Assembly (NCBI GenBank): GCA_024137785.1
Contig: JAHRHZ010000099.1
Location: 2,154,494-2,218,493, forward strand
Source of the DNA: Ginglymostoma cirratum
Lineage: Eukaryota
Length of the DNA stretch: 64,000 nucleotides
Reading direction: 5' to 3'
The stretch's first letter is position 1; the number at the start of each line of letters is the position of its first letter. Shown one piece after another: positions 37,696 through 51,447 of the stretch. The translations under genes and the position numbers were made by a program. Under the pieces are notes generated by a model that was not told where the DNA came from, made no database searches, and saw only the letters and a list, made by a program, of their open reading frames with translations.

Positions 37696-39964
37696 ATCAA
37701 AGGGCAATTTCCAGAATGAGTATCCCTTTTGCATTTCTATGAACAATTTCAAGCAAAGACGTTTACACCACAGGGATTTTATATTAAATCAGACTGCGCT
37801 TTGAGATAGGAGGAATGCCTGTGAGCTGGCACTGAGCCGCCGCAATGTGGATGTCAGTATGCCAGACAACAACTGCACCAATCTTGTCAGGAGGCTTGTT
37901 TATGAAGTCAGGTTGGAGCTAAGAGCACGGAGTGCAGTCAGTTCTGAGGGACATAGGTTTGAATGGGTGACGAGTCAGAGAAATGAAGGCAATCAATGTC
38001 ATGACAACAGTTCTCAATAAGTCGAGTGGAGGAGGAGGACTCATCCAGCGAAATGGACATGGTGATGCAGGTGACTGAAAAAAAACTCAACGTCATGTCG
38101 TGCCTAAAATTCATTGAGGTGGGTGTGCAGATGGAGAACACTAAGTCCCCTGCTGAGTACAGAACGTTCAGAAAGAACGGAAGTTCAGAATGAAGTGTAA
38201 ATAATCCACAACAGATAGGGTTCGGAGATAGGGATAGAGACAGAGGGAAGTGAAGCGGAGGAAGGTTCCAGAAGGGTATCAGGACCTCTGAGTTCTTGTG
38301 GTTTTCTTGTTAAAACATCCAATGAATGGGAGAATGAAGTGGAACTGCGGGGCAGGACAGCTTTGACATCGTGTGAGGCGGTGCTGATGTAGAGAGAGTT
38401 AGAGAGGGTGCATATGGAGGTGCATGGCGCTGAGTGTGAATCTCAGGAAACAGCGAGAACAATGACTTCTGCTCCTGTAATAGTAAAATAAGATATTTTG
38501 CGACTATTGTTGAGTAGTACTGTATAATCATCATTTAGTAATAGCTATTTCATAGAAATAACGAATGGGGAAACATGTAATGGTAACAATTGTCGTGTGA
38601 GAAAATAAATTTCCGCTTTAAATCTCGCAAAGTGTCGGTTAAGGACAAAAAACAGAACTCTTCTGAAGAAGGGTCACTGGACTCAAAAGGTTAACGCTGA
38701 TTTCTTTCCACAGAAGCTGCGAAAGGCGCAAAAGTTTTTCCAGCTGTTTCTGATTTCCAGCATCTGTACTTCTTTTGCCTTTAGATTATGGGCAACTGTT
38801 TTTCATTTTCCCTTCACGGTGATTTGCCTGCTTTCCCGTTTACACTTTAAATTGACTTTAGTGGTGTTATCTTGCTCCAACGCTTCAGTATTTGGGAAAC
38901 AAACGTTAGAATTTGCTTAGTTTTGCTCCACAGCAACGCTGCTGGGCAAAGTGAGACATTTCTTTCACTTAGACTCCCAATGGCAGTGCTTGAAATCAAG
39001 ATTTAGCGCCTAGAAACCTACCAACATTGCAGTTTGTCCCTGGAGCATGCTTCACAATTCATTGAGATCCTCTGTGATGTTCCAATTCAACTCCACTTTC
39101 CTGCCCTAAACCCATATTCCTTCTTTCAACAATGTATCGATGTATATCTGGAATATAATCAACGACACATGCATTACCTTCTCAGGCGTGGCTTTTCAAA
39201 GACTAAGAAATTTATCCTCATGTCAGTCATTTGATGTCGCTTTTTATCGACTATGGAGTTGAAGACAAAGCATAATGCTTTGCCACTGAAACAAAGCCCT
39301 CCCTATTAAACCAGCTCCACTCCACACCGCTGTTGTGTTTGATTTCCCTGGAAATCAACTAGTATTTTGTTTGCACTCTTTCTGACGATAATAGCTCCAA
39401 CACTTGCATGCAGCAGTTTAACTGGTGTAGTCCTATATTAGACTTAACAACAATGGATATGAATAGGAAACATCCCTCACAGAATCACAATGTGTGCAAA
39501 GAAGATTTTTTTAAAAATTGAGACTTTTGTCTAAGCCTTTTCACGTCATAGTCCTTATGGCATCGATCGTTATGAGCTTCTGATTTATGACTGGAAGCAG
39601 CTGATTCGAAATAGGAAAAACTGATCGTTTAATGTCATCAGATAATTTTGAGAGAAAAAAACCTGTAGAATCAGAAACTGCACCAATTATGGACCCTAAT
39701 GGCCAGAGCAGAGACAGTGGCAAGATTTGACCAAAAATTGCAGAAAAAAGGTTGTTCACAAGTCCTGACACAAAGTGTTGTGCATTCCTGGCACAAACAT
39801 GGACAAAGGGTTCAGCGCAACTCCCAGAAGGACAAGATTCTTCATTGAAATATATATCTTGCGTGAGTTAACCATAGTAAATGCAGGGTTATGTAGTCAG
39901 TGTCGGGGGCTGTGTCTGGCTGAAATATTCCTCCGAAGGTAGGTGCAGACCCAATGGGCCAAAT

Positions 39965-41410
39965 ACAGTCATAGAGCCATAGAGACGTAGAAGATAGAAA
40001 CATACCCTTCAGTCCAACTCGTCCACGCCGACCAGATAGCCTAAATTAATTCAGTCCCAATTGCCAGCATTTGGCTCATATCCCTCTAAACCCTTCTTAT
40101 ACATATAACCATCTAGATGCCTTTTAAATGTCGCAATTGTACCGAGCTCTAACACTTGCTTTGGCAGTTCACTCTCTGCATGCACCGTCCCCTGTGTGAA
40201 AAAGTTGCAGTTTAGGTTCCTTTTAAATCTTTCCTCTGTCATTCTAAACCGATACCCTCTAGTTTACGACTCTCCTACCCTGGGGAAAAGAACTTGGCTA
40301 TTCACCCTATCCATGCCCCTCATGATTTTATAACCATGAATAAGGTTACCTGTCAGCCTCCGATGCTTTAGGAAAAATGGCCCCAGTCTATGCAATCTCT
40401 TCCTGTAACTCAAACCCTCCAACGCTGGAAACATTCTTCTAAATCTTTTCTGAACCCTTTCAAGTTGAACATCATTCCTGTAGCAAGGAGACCAGAACTG
40501 AATGCAGTATTCCAAACGTGGCCTAACCAATTCCCTGTACAGACACAACAAGACCTCCCAGCTCCTTTACTAAATGCACTGACCAATAAGACAAACATAC
40601 CAAATACCTTCTTCGCTACCCTGTCTACCTGCAACGCCACTTTCAAGGAACTATGAACCTGCACTCCAAGGTCTTATTCTTTGGCAACATTCCTCGGAAC
40701 CTTACCATTAAGTGTACACGCCCCGCCCTGATTTGCCCTGGATTAAGCTCCATCTGCTATTCTTTGGCCCACCGGCCATTTGATCAGGATCCCATTGTAC
40801 GCTGAAGTAACCTTCTTCACTGTCGGCTAAACTTTGGTCTCTTTTGCAAAATTACTATCCATGCTTCCTATATTCACATCCACATCATTTATATAAATGA
40901 TAAAAGCAGCGGACCCAGCAGAGTTCCTTTCAGCAAACCCCTGGTCACAGGCCTCCAGTCCTGAAAGCAACCCTCCACCATCACACTTTGTCTCCTAATT
41001 TCGACCCAATTATGCATCCAAATAGGCAGTTCATACTACATTTAATATGATCTAACCTTGTTAACCATTCTACCATGCGTAACCTTGTTGCATAACTAAC
41101 TGAAGTCCATACAGCCTATGTCCACCGTTATGCTGTCATTAGTCCTCTTTGTCACTTCTTCAAAAAACTTAATCAAGTTAGTTAGATGAGATTTCCCACG
41201 CACAAAATGTTGAGTATGTCTAATCAGTCCTTGCATTTCCAAATACATGCAAATGCTATTCCTCAGAATCCCCTCCAACAACTTGCCCACCACTGATGTC
41301 AGGCTTACAGGTCTTTGGTTCCCTCACTTTTCCTTACCACCTTTCTTAAATAATGGCACGATGTTAGCCAACCTCCAGTCTTCTGGCACATTACCCGTGG
41401 CTATCAATGG
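39965..41410 (-). mobile_element. CR1 LINE RT and 3' end, frameshifted
   Basis: ORFs 41096-41293 (SHLTNLIKFFEEV…MDFS), 40264-40551 (LVRPRLEYCIQFWSP), 40051-40242. Confidence 0.88.
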
Positions 41411-42178
41411 TCTGTCTGCACTCTAAGGATTCTATCTTTGGGATATTTTATCCATCTAAAGTTGGGGACTCGACCACTATACCATAAGATCACTCACGTC
41501 TGACTTGGAGGCAGTTATTTTTCACCATCTTGTTCAGACAACATATTACCGGCAAAGGCATGTGGGACTTGCATGCAAGCCTGCTGGCTTAAATGAACGG
41601 ACTCTACCACTGCACTACGAAAGCTCCCTTGCGTCGATCTTTGATTTTCTTTTACGTTTCAATTCAAATTTTCACACCCTGCCAGGGTAGAATTCAAATC
41701 TATCTCCCCAGATCATTTGATCAGGATTACTAATCCAGTAACATTACCATTGACTCCCACTGTCCTTAAGTTCAATTTTGAGGAGATATTTTCTAATTAG
41801 CCTGTTCAGAAATGTTATCACACACCTCTAGATCAGATCGGACTTGATGGCAATGATATCAAAAAATGTGCGGAATGCTGAAAAGATGAAACTTCACGAG
41901 TCGCCACAATTAGGTAGTTGTTGTGAATTCTATCAATGACAGAGGATAGAAACTATAACAACGTTTGTGGTAACAAATTGTCATTCTCATTATACTGCGA
42001 GTATTTGCACGTTGATACTTTGAATAACTCAGGGCGAAAGCAGCTGGAAAACATACACAGGGACTCCGCCGACAAACTGCAACCTGTTGTGATTTAAAAT
42101 TGTCGGCTTTGCAGAATTTGTTTGATTTTATACAAAACTTGCTGATAGCATAACAAATCGATGCATAAGCCATTTGAA

Positions 42179-42504
42179 TCAAATACAGCTAGATGTCGCG
42201 ATACTTTTCTTTCGAAGTGGGGTTGTTAGAGCCTCGTGTTTAATCCCACAAGAGTAAAGCTCGTGTAAGTTCCACACTGAGACTGACAGGGTCAGTTAAC
42301 TGCTCACACTGAACGTGTTGTCCTTCTCCTGGTGGATCCGACTGGTCTCCACACCGTCCACCCTCACACTGCCATTTACCGACCACTGAATCTCCACAGC
42401 GCCGGGGTTACAACCGCTCACCAAACACACCAGGGTCACCGTGTTCGTTTCCGCGATTTGAGCATCTGAAGGCGGAAGGAGTGAAACTGAAGGGGCCCGT
42501 GGAT
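42179..42504 (-). pseudogene. IGLC: Ig lambda constant exon, cluster C, one premature stop
   Basis: Acceptor aattatcag; PRAPSVSLLPPSDAQIAETNTVTLVCLVSGCNPGAVEIQWSVNGSVRVDGVETSRIHQEKDNTFSVSS*LTLSVSVWNLHELYSCGIKHEALTTPLRKKSIATSSCI*; TAA at 42296-42298. Confidence 0.95.
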
Positions 42505-44924
42505 CTGATAATTGGAAATAAGTCGAAGAAGATCGAATTATTAATTAGCATGTAAATCGTAATCAACGTTTCACATTTTTCAAATATTTGAAAATTACAC
42601 ATCACTCTTCAAAGCGGAGTCTCATTGTGAGAACAATGCAACACTTGCAGCTGCCAGTGCTAAAAACCATGTGACCTGAGAGGATATTGCCACTTTGGAG
42701 ATGGCAAGGCGCGCATGCATATTCTGAAGAAGGAATTGAATTAAATCGAAATACAAGGTCTGAAATTCCCTGAGTTTTTAGGAGAAAAGATCTCAATCAA
42801 TACATTTGACTTAGAAATAAACTAGTGATGAGAGAAAAAAAGATATAATATTTAAGGCACAATATTTAAGGCCTTGTTAAAGACGAAACAAAAGCTTCCA
42901 CGTTTTTCCCGTTCGTATCGCGCATTTCCTTAAAAATAGGATGTAGATAGTCAGCAGATAGTAAAGCGCGCTCAGATGTCCTCAGATCGTGGTCGGCTGT
43001 ATATCAATGCAAATCCGTTCCCATATTTCCAATCTTAAAAAGAAAGGTACCCATGATAAATCAGCATGAAGTAGGGCAGTGGAATAGGATGCGTTGAGAT
43101 TGAACTGTCAGAGTCTCCGGCCACTGCCTCAAGCTTTACGGCCTTCGTTTGACAAAGTGAATCATTCGCTACATTTGATTCTTTCATATTAGGCAGTGAA
43201 GAAAATATGAAACTGTCATAAATCTTTTCAAGTCTACGATTAGACAGTGGTGTCACTATAAAATTGTTTGTGACCTTGCTGCGCGCTGCTAGGTCTTCCG
43301 GAGCGCCTCCTTAAGTAGTCCCTAATCTTTTGAACAAATCAATGCAGTTCTAAGGAATTCCCTTGGAAACCGACAACTTCTTTTTTGTGATTTTAAATTT
43401 AGACAGCGACTCGCTGTGCAGTCTGACAAGATATCGCAAACGGGTAATAGCATAGCGTTATAATCTCCTTCCAACGGCTGAAGACGTTGTACATTGTGAC
43501 AGTGGAATTTCTGAAACATTCTGGGATAATGGAACAGGTTTTGCCTTCTTTTATATCATTGTCCAAATAAAAGTTACTTTCAGCGAACTAATTGAGAGTG
43601 GAGCTTGGAAAATTTGGCGTTTGTATTATTAGAGAAACTGATGCAGATACGATAGAATATTTTCTGTTTCTTATCTTCAGTTGGTGCATAATGACAATGA
43701 AAAGACAAGTCGAAGTGACAATAGCGAATGCTTATACTCGCTAATGTTACTGCTCTTAACGCTGATCGCAGAAACAGCGTAAAAGTACAACTGAGGGAAT
43801 ATAAAATATGTGCCAGACGCTTTTGTGACTCAGTGGTATAGTCGCTCCATCTTGGCCTGGAGACGCGGGTTCATGTGCACCTGCACACCGTTGGTGAGTC
43901 CAAACAGATTGATGTAAAGAATCATTGATTGCGCGGATCTCACAGCACCATTCAGCGAATGGGTAGATTCATTAATAAAACACTTCATGTCCATCAGTGA
44001 TGTTTGTCCGCTCGGCTGGCTATCATTTTCACGAACTATTTTCTGACATTTTTGATGTTAGTCTGCTGTGATCATTGCGAAATGTGAGACTTAGGTACTT
44101 TCATTGCGTTTGGAGGCGAAGGTGAAGTCCATCAGTTTGCCCCATTGTCCATCGTTATTCAAGATTGGGGATCTAAGCTCCATTGATCGAAGTGGAATGA
44201 AGCATTTAAAAGTATGTTTCAACTATTTGAACAGGGTTATCGGAGGCTGGGGTACGTCAGTCTGAAAAGCCAGATACCAAAGAATTTTAGTACACAGAAG
44301 AAGGAGCCTTTTCCCCTCATTTCTCTTTTAAACACTTCCTTGGTTCTGCTCTGTCCATTCTTAGAGATAAGTCACTGCAGTACGAACCCTCCCTGGGTAA
44401 ATATACATTCCATCCTGCCCTTTCATACTTCTCCCAATGAAATTAAGTTTATCTCCTCGGGCCAGCGGCTGCCTGATCTCTGATAATGGCCGCATTCTAT
44501 AAGAATATGGGATGTGACGGCAACCTTGGCTTTCTCCTAAAGTGCTTTAGGTATTTTTAATCAAATTATTTCTGGATCTTCAAACGGATCTCTGGAGCGA
44601 GGGGGACTTCAGCGCGGAGCCTTCTAGCCGAGCATTAGGGACAGCACTACTGCCCCATAAGAGCCTCGCTTAACCCATCTAAAGCCAGGTAATACTGGTA
44701 TCATCTGGGAAACGATTAGACCTACTTCCTGCTTACAGCCCAGATTTTCCACTTCAAAATTAGCCGCATTTCATCCCTTCCATATCACATGGTGCCGATG
44801 TACCAGCTCACTGTAAATATACATCAGAACAATAGACCAGATGTGATCTCGTTTAGTCTACAAAGTAAATGATTTAAAACTAACTTTGAGACTTCCGCTG
44901 TTATGGTGTATGTCACATATTTAC

Positions 44925-45265
44925 TGCCCTGTTTAATTTGGTTCCTTTCCAGAAGGTGAATTCACCAACATCTGCCAGAGCGCAGTAATAATCGGCGGCG
45001 TTCTCTGATTGAATATTGATGATAGCTAAATGCAACTTGTTACTGGACGAGTCCACGGACCCGGTAAATCGATCTGGAATTCCCGAAGCCGTACTTGTGC
45101 TTTCGTGCCACACAAAGACCGGGGCACTGCCGGGTTTCTGCCAACACCAGATCGCGTCGTAGTTGCCAATTTTGACTCCGGATATGATACAGGTGATGTT
45201 CACAACATTTCCCGGGGATATTGAGGTGGATCCTGGCTGAGGCAAAGCAGGATCCCAGTTTGCAT
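44925..45265 (-). pseudogene. IGLV: Germline-joined Ig lambda VJ exon, cluster C; frame open but splice-defective
   Basis: ORF 44913-45245 QPGSTSISPG…ITCIISG…WCWQKPGSAP…DYYCALADVGEFTFWKGTKLN; acceptor AG changed to AA (ttcaccaa); FGxG reads FWKG; 1-nt deletion before the gtaaat donor shifts the phase. Confidence 0.92.
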
Positions 45266-45423
45266 TTGGTGAAATAGTGAAGATATCGACAAGTCACATT
45301 CACAATTTTGAATACTGCTTGTTGTCTACGTCCACCACCCCGTCCCCCCAACCTCCACCTTAACCAATATACAATGGGAACCATGTAACAACAGCGAAAG
45401 TGCAAGTGAACGCCTATACTCAC

Positions 45424-45469
45424 TGCGGAGACATAACAGAGAGGTGAGTGCTCGAACCCATTCAGTCAT
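45424..45469 (-). pseudogene. Leader exon of cluster C
   Basis: cacc-ATG; MTEWVRALTSLLCLR + A|gtgagt. Confidence 0.88.
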
Positions 45470-45585
45470 GGTGAAGACTTGTGAAAATCAGATAAACAAT
45501 AATTCCTGACACAACGTGTTTTGGACTCTTTTCAATGTCTTCTTAAGAAATATCAGCCCTGACAACCAGTGAGTATTAAAAATGC

Positions 45586-45652
45586 ATGCAAATGTATATT
45601 CACATAAAGTGAATAATTGGATTCTGCAAATTGTGTCGATTTTAATTTGCAT
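45586..45652 (-). promoter_or_regulatory. Ig V promoter of cluster C: two inverted octamers
   Basis: atgcaaat 45586-45593 and atttgcat 45645-45652, same arrangement as cluster B. Confidence 0.78.
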
Positions 45653-45962
45653 AGAGCGCATGTCAGCTATTTTAGAGAGAAACAGGACTACAAAGACATT
45701 GAAATCAGCACGGAAATGGTGGAATAACCCAAAATAAAATAATCGTTGAAATGTCAGGGATTAAGCGAACGAGTTTTGAATATTAGATTGGTGAACATTA
45801 CAAAAGAGAGATAAAGCTGAGGATTGTAAATCGTGGTAAATCTTTTGAATTTCCAGGGAACCCGATTGAACGAGCAGATATAATTTGACATTTGGTTTGC
45901 AGGCAGCGACAGCGAGAGGTAGAAGAGCTTGAGCATTTTCTTTTTGGTGTCAGGGTATGGAC

Positions 45963-45991
45963 AGATATAGATAGATCGATAGATAGATAGA
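45963..45991 (+). repeat. (GATA)n microsatellite, imperfect
   Basis: agatatagatagatcgatagatagataga. Confidence 0.7.
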
Positions 45992-46679
45992 AGACAGAGA
46001 AATTATCAATTTCTGTCTACCATGAAACGTGAGTGAGTTACTAAAATGCTGAAGTCTTGATGAGTTGCATGTGGTGAAGAAAATGACAATGACATCGAGC
46101 CTTTACCATGAAGTTACATAAACGGGACTTCGAGAGATATTTAATGTTACAGGAAACTGTAATATGGAACAATTGAAGACTATGTAAAAAATGATGAATG
46201 AGTCAAATGTAGCAGTTGTTAACAAGGGCGGTGATAGCGACGAAGAACTGCAAATTAAATACAGTGCTGCGTTGAATTGTTGAAGGAATTGTGCGAAAAG
46301 TTGTTCCTTCCTACTGGAACAATAGAAACCTCCTCTGAAACAATAGAATCACCTGGATATTCGCACTAATACTAAATGAATATTATCTTCAGGAAGTGCA
46401 CATGAGAATGAATGGACAGGGGAGGTGCGAGTGGATTGAAAACTAGCGCATGTGATAGACGTGTTCAGGAAATTGTGTAACAGAATTCCTGATATACCCC
46501 GTGGGTAAAGCTTCAGAAAAAAAATCGTGAAGTGGACAGATTTGAGACCAAGGTGAGTAGCATGGATGTGTAAAATTGCATTTCCTGATAAACCAAGGCA
46601 TACGGCTCATTTGAGAACGTTGTTCGTTCAAATCTAAAGACTGCCTTTAACGAATAATCACATAAGTGGCCAGATAACA

Positions 46680-47700
46680 AAATTGACGTTCTTGGCGTAG
46701 GTGGGCTACTGTTACATTGGATAATAAAAATGCTTTATGGACAGAAATCAGCAAGTTTTAGTTTGTTTGGCCTGGAGGACTCTAGAAATATTAATCGCTA
46801 AGTATCAGTGCTGGGATCATTTGATACATGGCCGTGGCTTGTTCTTTAGAATAGAGGATAAAATTTCGAAAGTAGTCGTTAGTACAAAATCGGAGATGTG
46901 TCAATGAGGTTGATACCAATTAACTGTAATCGGACAAACATAAACTACAGAATGGGCAGGCAACTGGTGGATGGAATTCAAAACAGAGTGGTGTGAGGTT
47001 GTGTATTTTTTTGCAGGACAGTTAGGGTGAAGCAACATATAATTAAAGGGAAAATTCTGCGAGAACTAAGGAACCTAGGGATCATGTGAATTTAGCTTCA
47101 AAGGTGGCAGGCCGTATTGACACATTAGGGCTTTTTAAGTTATGGCATGACTTGTGAATGCCAATGGCAAGGTCAGCATACACTGCTCATTTCTACACAA
47201 TCTAGACGAATATTAAGCTTTTGAAATAGAAGGTGTCGAGTTCATGAACAGAAACGTTATGCAGAAGTTCTAGAAAAGTGAGGGTTGTGTCTACAGTTGT
47301 GTTCAGTTCTGCTCACCACACTTCGGAGGGATAAGAAAATCCTTAAGTGGGTGGAAACAAGATTCATCAAAATAATCCCTGGGTTGACGAAATTTATTTA
47401 CAATGTTAGCTTGGAGCTGGTGTTCATGTCCATGGGGGGAAAAAAAGAGATTGACTTGCGATTTGATGGGAATTTACAGGATAATGTCAAATTTGATTAA
47501 CATAGAGAAATAAAGATTGCTGCCATTAGTTGATTGTAGAAGAAGGAAAGCGAGAAACTTCAGTTTTTTGGGGTAAGAGATAAAACAAAGATATAATTAA
47601 AGACATTTTTTCACTGTAAGACATATTGCCCACTGAAGGGGTGGGAATGGAGGTAGTCAATCACTTCAAAGGAAATTACTTTGCCTCCTTATTCCACACA
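46680..47700 (+). mobile_element. Very old CR1 RT fragment
   Basis: Decayed motifs (tcagtgctgggatca; gaatgggcaggcaactggtggatggaattc; tgtgttcagttctgctcacca). Confidence 0.55.
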
Positions 47701-47708
47701 TGGAATCT

Positions 47709-48068
47709 GGGGAGACAATGGCCTAGTGGTATTGTCACTGGACAATAAATCCAAGAACCCTGTTAATGCTCCAGGGACTCAGGTTCAAATTTCACCATAG
47801 TAAATGGTGGACTTTGAATTCAGTAAAAAACCTGTAATTAATGGTCAGACCAAAAAGCTATTACCAGTGTTTTGGGAGGAAAAAAACCCTTCTCACTCTC
47901 TAATGCCCTTTAGGGAAGGAAACTGCAAGCCATACCTGGCCTGGCCTACCTATGACTCCAGACCAACGGCAAAATAATTGATTCTGAACTGCTATCTAGG
48001 CATTAGGGATGGGAAATAAGGGCTGGCTTAGCCAGTGATACATGCAGCCTGTGAGTAAATGAAAAAGA
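47709..48068 (+). mobile_element. tRNA-derived Deu-domain SINE (SacSINE1-like), near full length
   Basis: tRNA-like head tggcctagtggt…ggttcaaattt; core gggaaggaaactgc…cctggcctggcctacctatgactccagacc; LINE-like tail agggatgggaaataag…gccagtgatacatgc. Confidence 0.7.
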
Positions 48069-48448
48069 AACATACGCACCAGAAGGAAAGAAATTTACAG
48101 GGCAACAGAGATAGAGAGTAGAATGTCTCCAGTAGGTAGCTCTTTATAGACTATGAATGGGCTCAACAGACTCTAAATAGACTCTTCTTCACTCATATTG
48201 TTTATATGACTTCATTGTATTTTGTCACATAAACACATATTTCCATGAAAAATTGAAAGAAGTAGCATTTTTATTGTTCAACTGAAAAGCAAGGTGAGCA
48301 AGAACTGTAGGTTCCATTTATCATGACCACAACAGGCATGTCTGCAGTGTTCTGTGGACTGCAAATTTGTGCAGCTCATTATCCCATTGTTCCTGATGCT
48401 TCAATTTTAAAATTCCTAGCAACAAATCTAGTCTTAAACAAGTTAATG

Positions 48449-48797
48449 GGATAGTAGGAACTGCAGATTCTGGAGAATCTGAGATAACAAGGTGTAGAGC
48501 TGGATGAACACAGCAGGCCAAGCAGCATCAAAGGAGCAGAAAAGCTGATGTTTCGGGCCTAGACACTATCTCATTGTTCTGAATGTAGTGGTTGTCGTGT
48601 TTGGGGCCAAATTGGGAAGGCCTAAATGTGGATTGTAGTCCATTGGGGATGATAATCTCAATGTTCTGAATGTGGCAATTGTCAAGGTTACGGCCAAACT
48701 GGGAAGGCCTAAAAGTGGATTGCCCAAAACGTCAGCTTTCCTGCTCCTCTGATGCTGCTTGGCCTGCTGTGTTTATTCAGGTCTACACCTTGTTATC
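48449..48797. mobile_element. Fold-back element carrying a tandem-repeat cargo
   Basis: Inverted arms 48481-48560 / 48722-48797; TSD-like ttaaacaagttaatg (48434-48448) / ttaaacaaattaatg (48798-48812). Confidence 0.8.
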
Positions 48798-50608
48798 TTA
48801 AACAAATTAATGACCAGTTTTCCTTTATCAAACAGTTATTTGAAATTATTTAGTAAAATGTAATAGTTGTTATAAAATGCAGGTACAAAGGTAAAAATAT
48901 GTACAGCTAAGAAGATACTTGTAAATATGAAAGTGAGGCCAATTGTTATGCCACAGATATGTTACTTGCTTGAATATTTCTTTTCTGAGGTGAAAGATTT
49001 GCAAACATGAAGACATCAACTGCAATGGCTTCTCCCATTGGTGCACTGAGCAGACCAATTTCTCCGACAGAGTGAAGGCTCCTTTGTCTATGTCTCCTTT
49101 AAATTGAATGCAATGACAATATCTGGAACTAAAAATCTTATAATGACCATGAAACCATTGTCGATTGTGAGAAAAACCTATCCAGCTCACTAATGTACCT
49201 CAGGGAGGGAAAATTGCCATCCTCACCTGGTCTGGCCTACATGCATCCCACAGCAATGTTGTTGACTCTCAACTGCCCTCTTAAATAGCCCATCAAGCCA
49301 TACAGCTGTATTAAGTGCTGCGAAGCCTCAACAACAACAAAAAAAAATGAAACAGGATAGACCACCTGCATCTACCCAGGCGCCGACAAACACAATGGCA
49401 AAATCACCCTACCTCCTTGCAAACTCCCCCTTAGAAAGGTTTGGGGGATACTACCAAGTTTGGGCCAGCTGTCTCACAGACTAGTCAAGCAACAACCTGA
49501 CATAGGCATTGTTATGCTCACGGAAACATACCTTCCAAGCAATGTCCCAAACACCACCATCAACATCCCTGTACATGTCCTGTTGCACTGGCTACACAAA
49601 ATGAGCAGGGGGCAGTACAGTGACATACAGATGGGAGGGAGTTGCTCTGGAGTCCTCAGATTTAACTCCAGAAGTATCATGGCTTCAGGAAACATCCTAC
49701 TGGTTACTGTGTACCAAGATCCCTCTGCTGATGAAGCGATACTCCTCCATATTGAACAACACTTGAAGGAAGGATTGAGGGTGGCAAGGGAGCAAAATCT
49801 ACTCTGGGTGGGTGATTTCAATATCCACCACCAAGGGTCAGTCAGCAGCAGCACAACTGATTGAGCTGGTTGAGTCTTAAGGGGCAAAGCTTCATTGGGT
49901 CTGCAGCAGGTGGTGAAGGAACCAACAAGATGTAAAAACATTCTAGGCTTCATCCTTACCAATCTACATGTTGCAGATGCATCCATCTATGACAATATCA
50001 GTAAGAGTGATCAACACACAGACCTTGTGGAACTGAACAGCTATCTCCACGTTAAGAATATCTGCCAATGTGTTGTGTGTCAATATCACCATATTAAATA
50101 GGATAGACTTCAAACAGATTGTGCAACTCAAGACTGAGCATCCATGAGGTGCTGTGGAGCATCAACAGCAGCAGAATTGCACTCCAGCACAATCTGCAAC
50201 GTCATGGTCTGGCATATTCCTCATGCACTCATTACCATCAAGCCAGGGGATCAATCCTGGTTCAATAGAGAGTGCATGAGGGCATGCCAGGAGAATCACT
50301 AGGCATACCAAAAACTAAGGTGTCAATCTGGTTAAATTACCAAATAGGACTACTTGCATACCAAACAGCATAAGTAGTAAGTCATAGACAGAGATAAGCG
50401 AGCTCACAACTAACTGATCAGATCTAAGCTCTGCAGTCCTGCCACATCCAGTTGTGTATGGTGATGTGCAATTAAAGAACTCACATGGTGGAGGAAGCCC
50501 ACATATATCCGCACAAAAACCAGGACAAATCCAACCCGGCCAATTACTGTCCAACAGTCTTTTCTTGATCATCATCAAAATGATAGGAACTACCATCAAC
50601 AATGCTAT

Positions 50609-51447
50609 CATAGAACATAGAACATAGAACATAGAACATAGAACATTACAGCGTAGTACAGGCCCTTCGGCCCTCAATGCTGTGCCGACCTGTGAAACCA
50701 ATCTGAAGCCCATCTAACCTACACTGTTGCCTTATCATCCATATGTTTATCCAACAACCATTTAAATGCCCTTAAAGTTGGAGACTCTACTATTGTTGCA
50801 GGCAGGGCATTCCACGCCTTTACTACTCTCTGAGTAAAGAACCTACCTCTGACATCTGTTCTATATCTATCACCCCTCAATTTAAAGCTATGTCCCCTCG
50901 TGCTAGCCATCACCATCCGAGGAAAAAGGCTCTCACTGTCCACCCTATCTAATCCTCTGATCATCTTTTATGTCTCTATCAAGTCACCTCTTAACATTCT
51001 TCTCTCTAATGAAAACAGCCTCAAGTCCCTCAGCCTTTCCTCATAAGACCTTCCCTCCATACCAGGCAACATCCTGGTAAATCTCCTCTGCACCCTTTCC
51101 AATGCTTCCACATCCTTCCTATAATGCAGTGATCAGAACTGCATGCAATACTCCAAGTGCGGCCGCACCAGAGTTTTGTACAGCTGCAACATGACCTCAT
51201 GGCTCCGAAACTCAATCCCTCTACCAATAAAACCTAACACACCGTATGTCTTCTTAACAATCCTATCAACCTGGGTGGCAACTTTCAGGGATTTATGCAC
51301 ATGGACACCGAGATCTCTCTGCTCGTCCACACTACCAAGAATCTTACCATTAGCCCAGTACTCTGTATTCCTGTTACTCCTTCCAAAGTGAATCACCTCA
51401 CATTTTTCTGCATTAAACTCCATTTGCCACCTCTCAGCCCAGATCTG
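50609..51447 (-). mobile_element. Young CR1/HER1-type 3' fragment nested in the LINE
   Basis: ORFs 51133-51423 and 50719-50964 nearly identical to 12260-12971; (atagaac)n tail. Confidence 0.93.

Noticed and set aside
39541-39771. Hydrophobic minus-strand ORF superficially like a BPI-fold or apolipoprotein segment
   Set aside because: No splice context or supporting exons; the plus strand looks more like a decayed CR1 3' region
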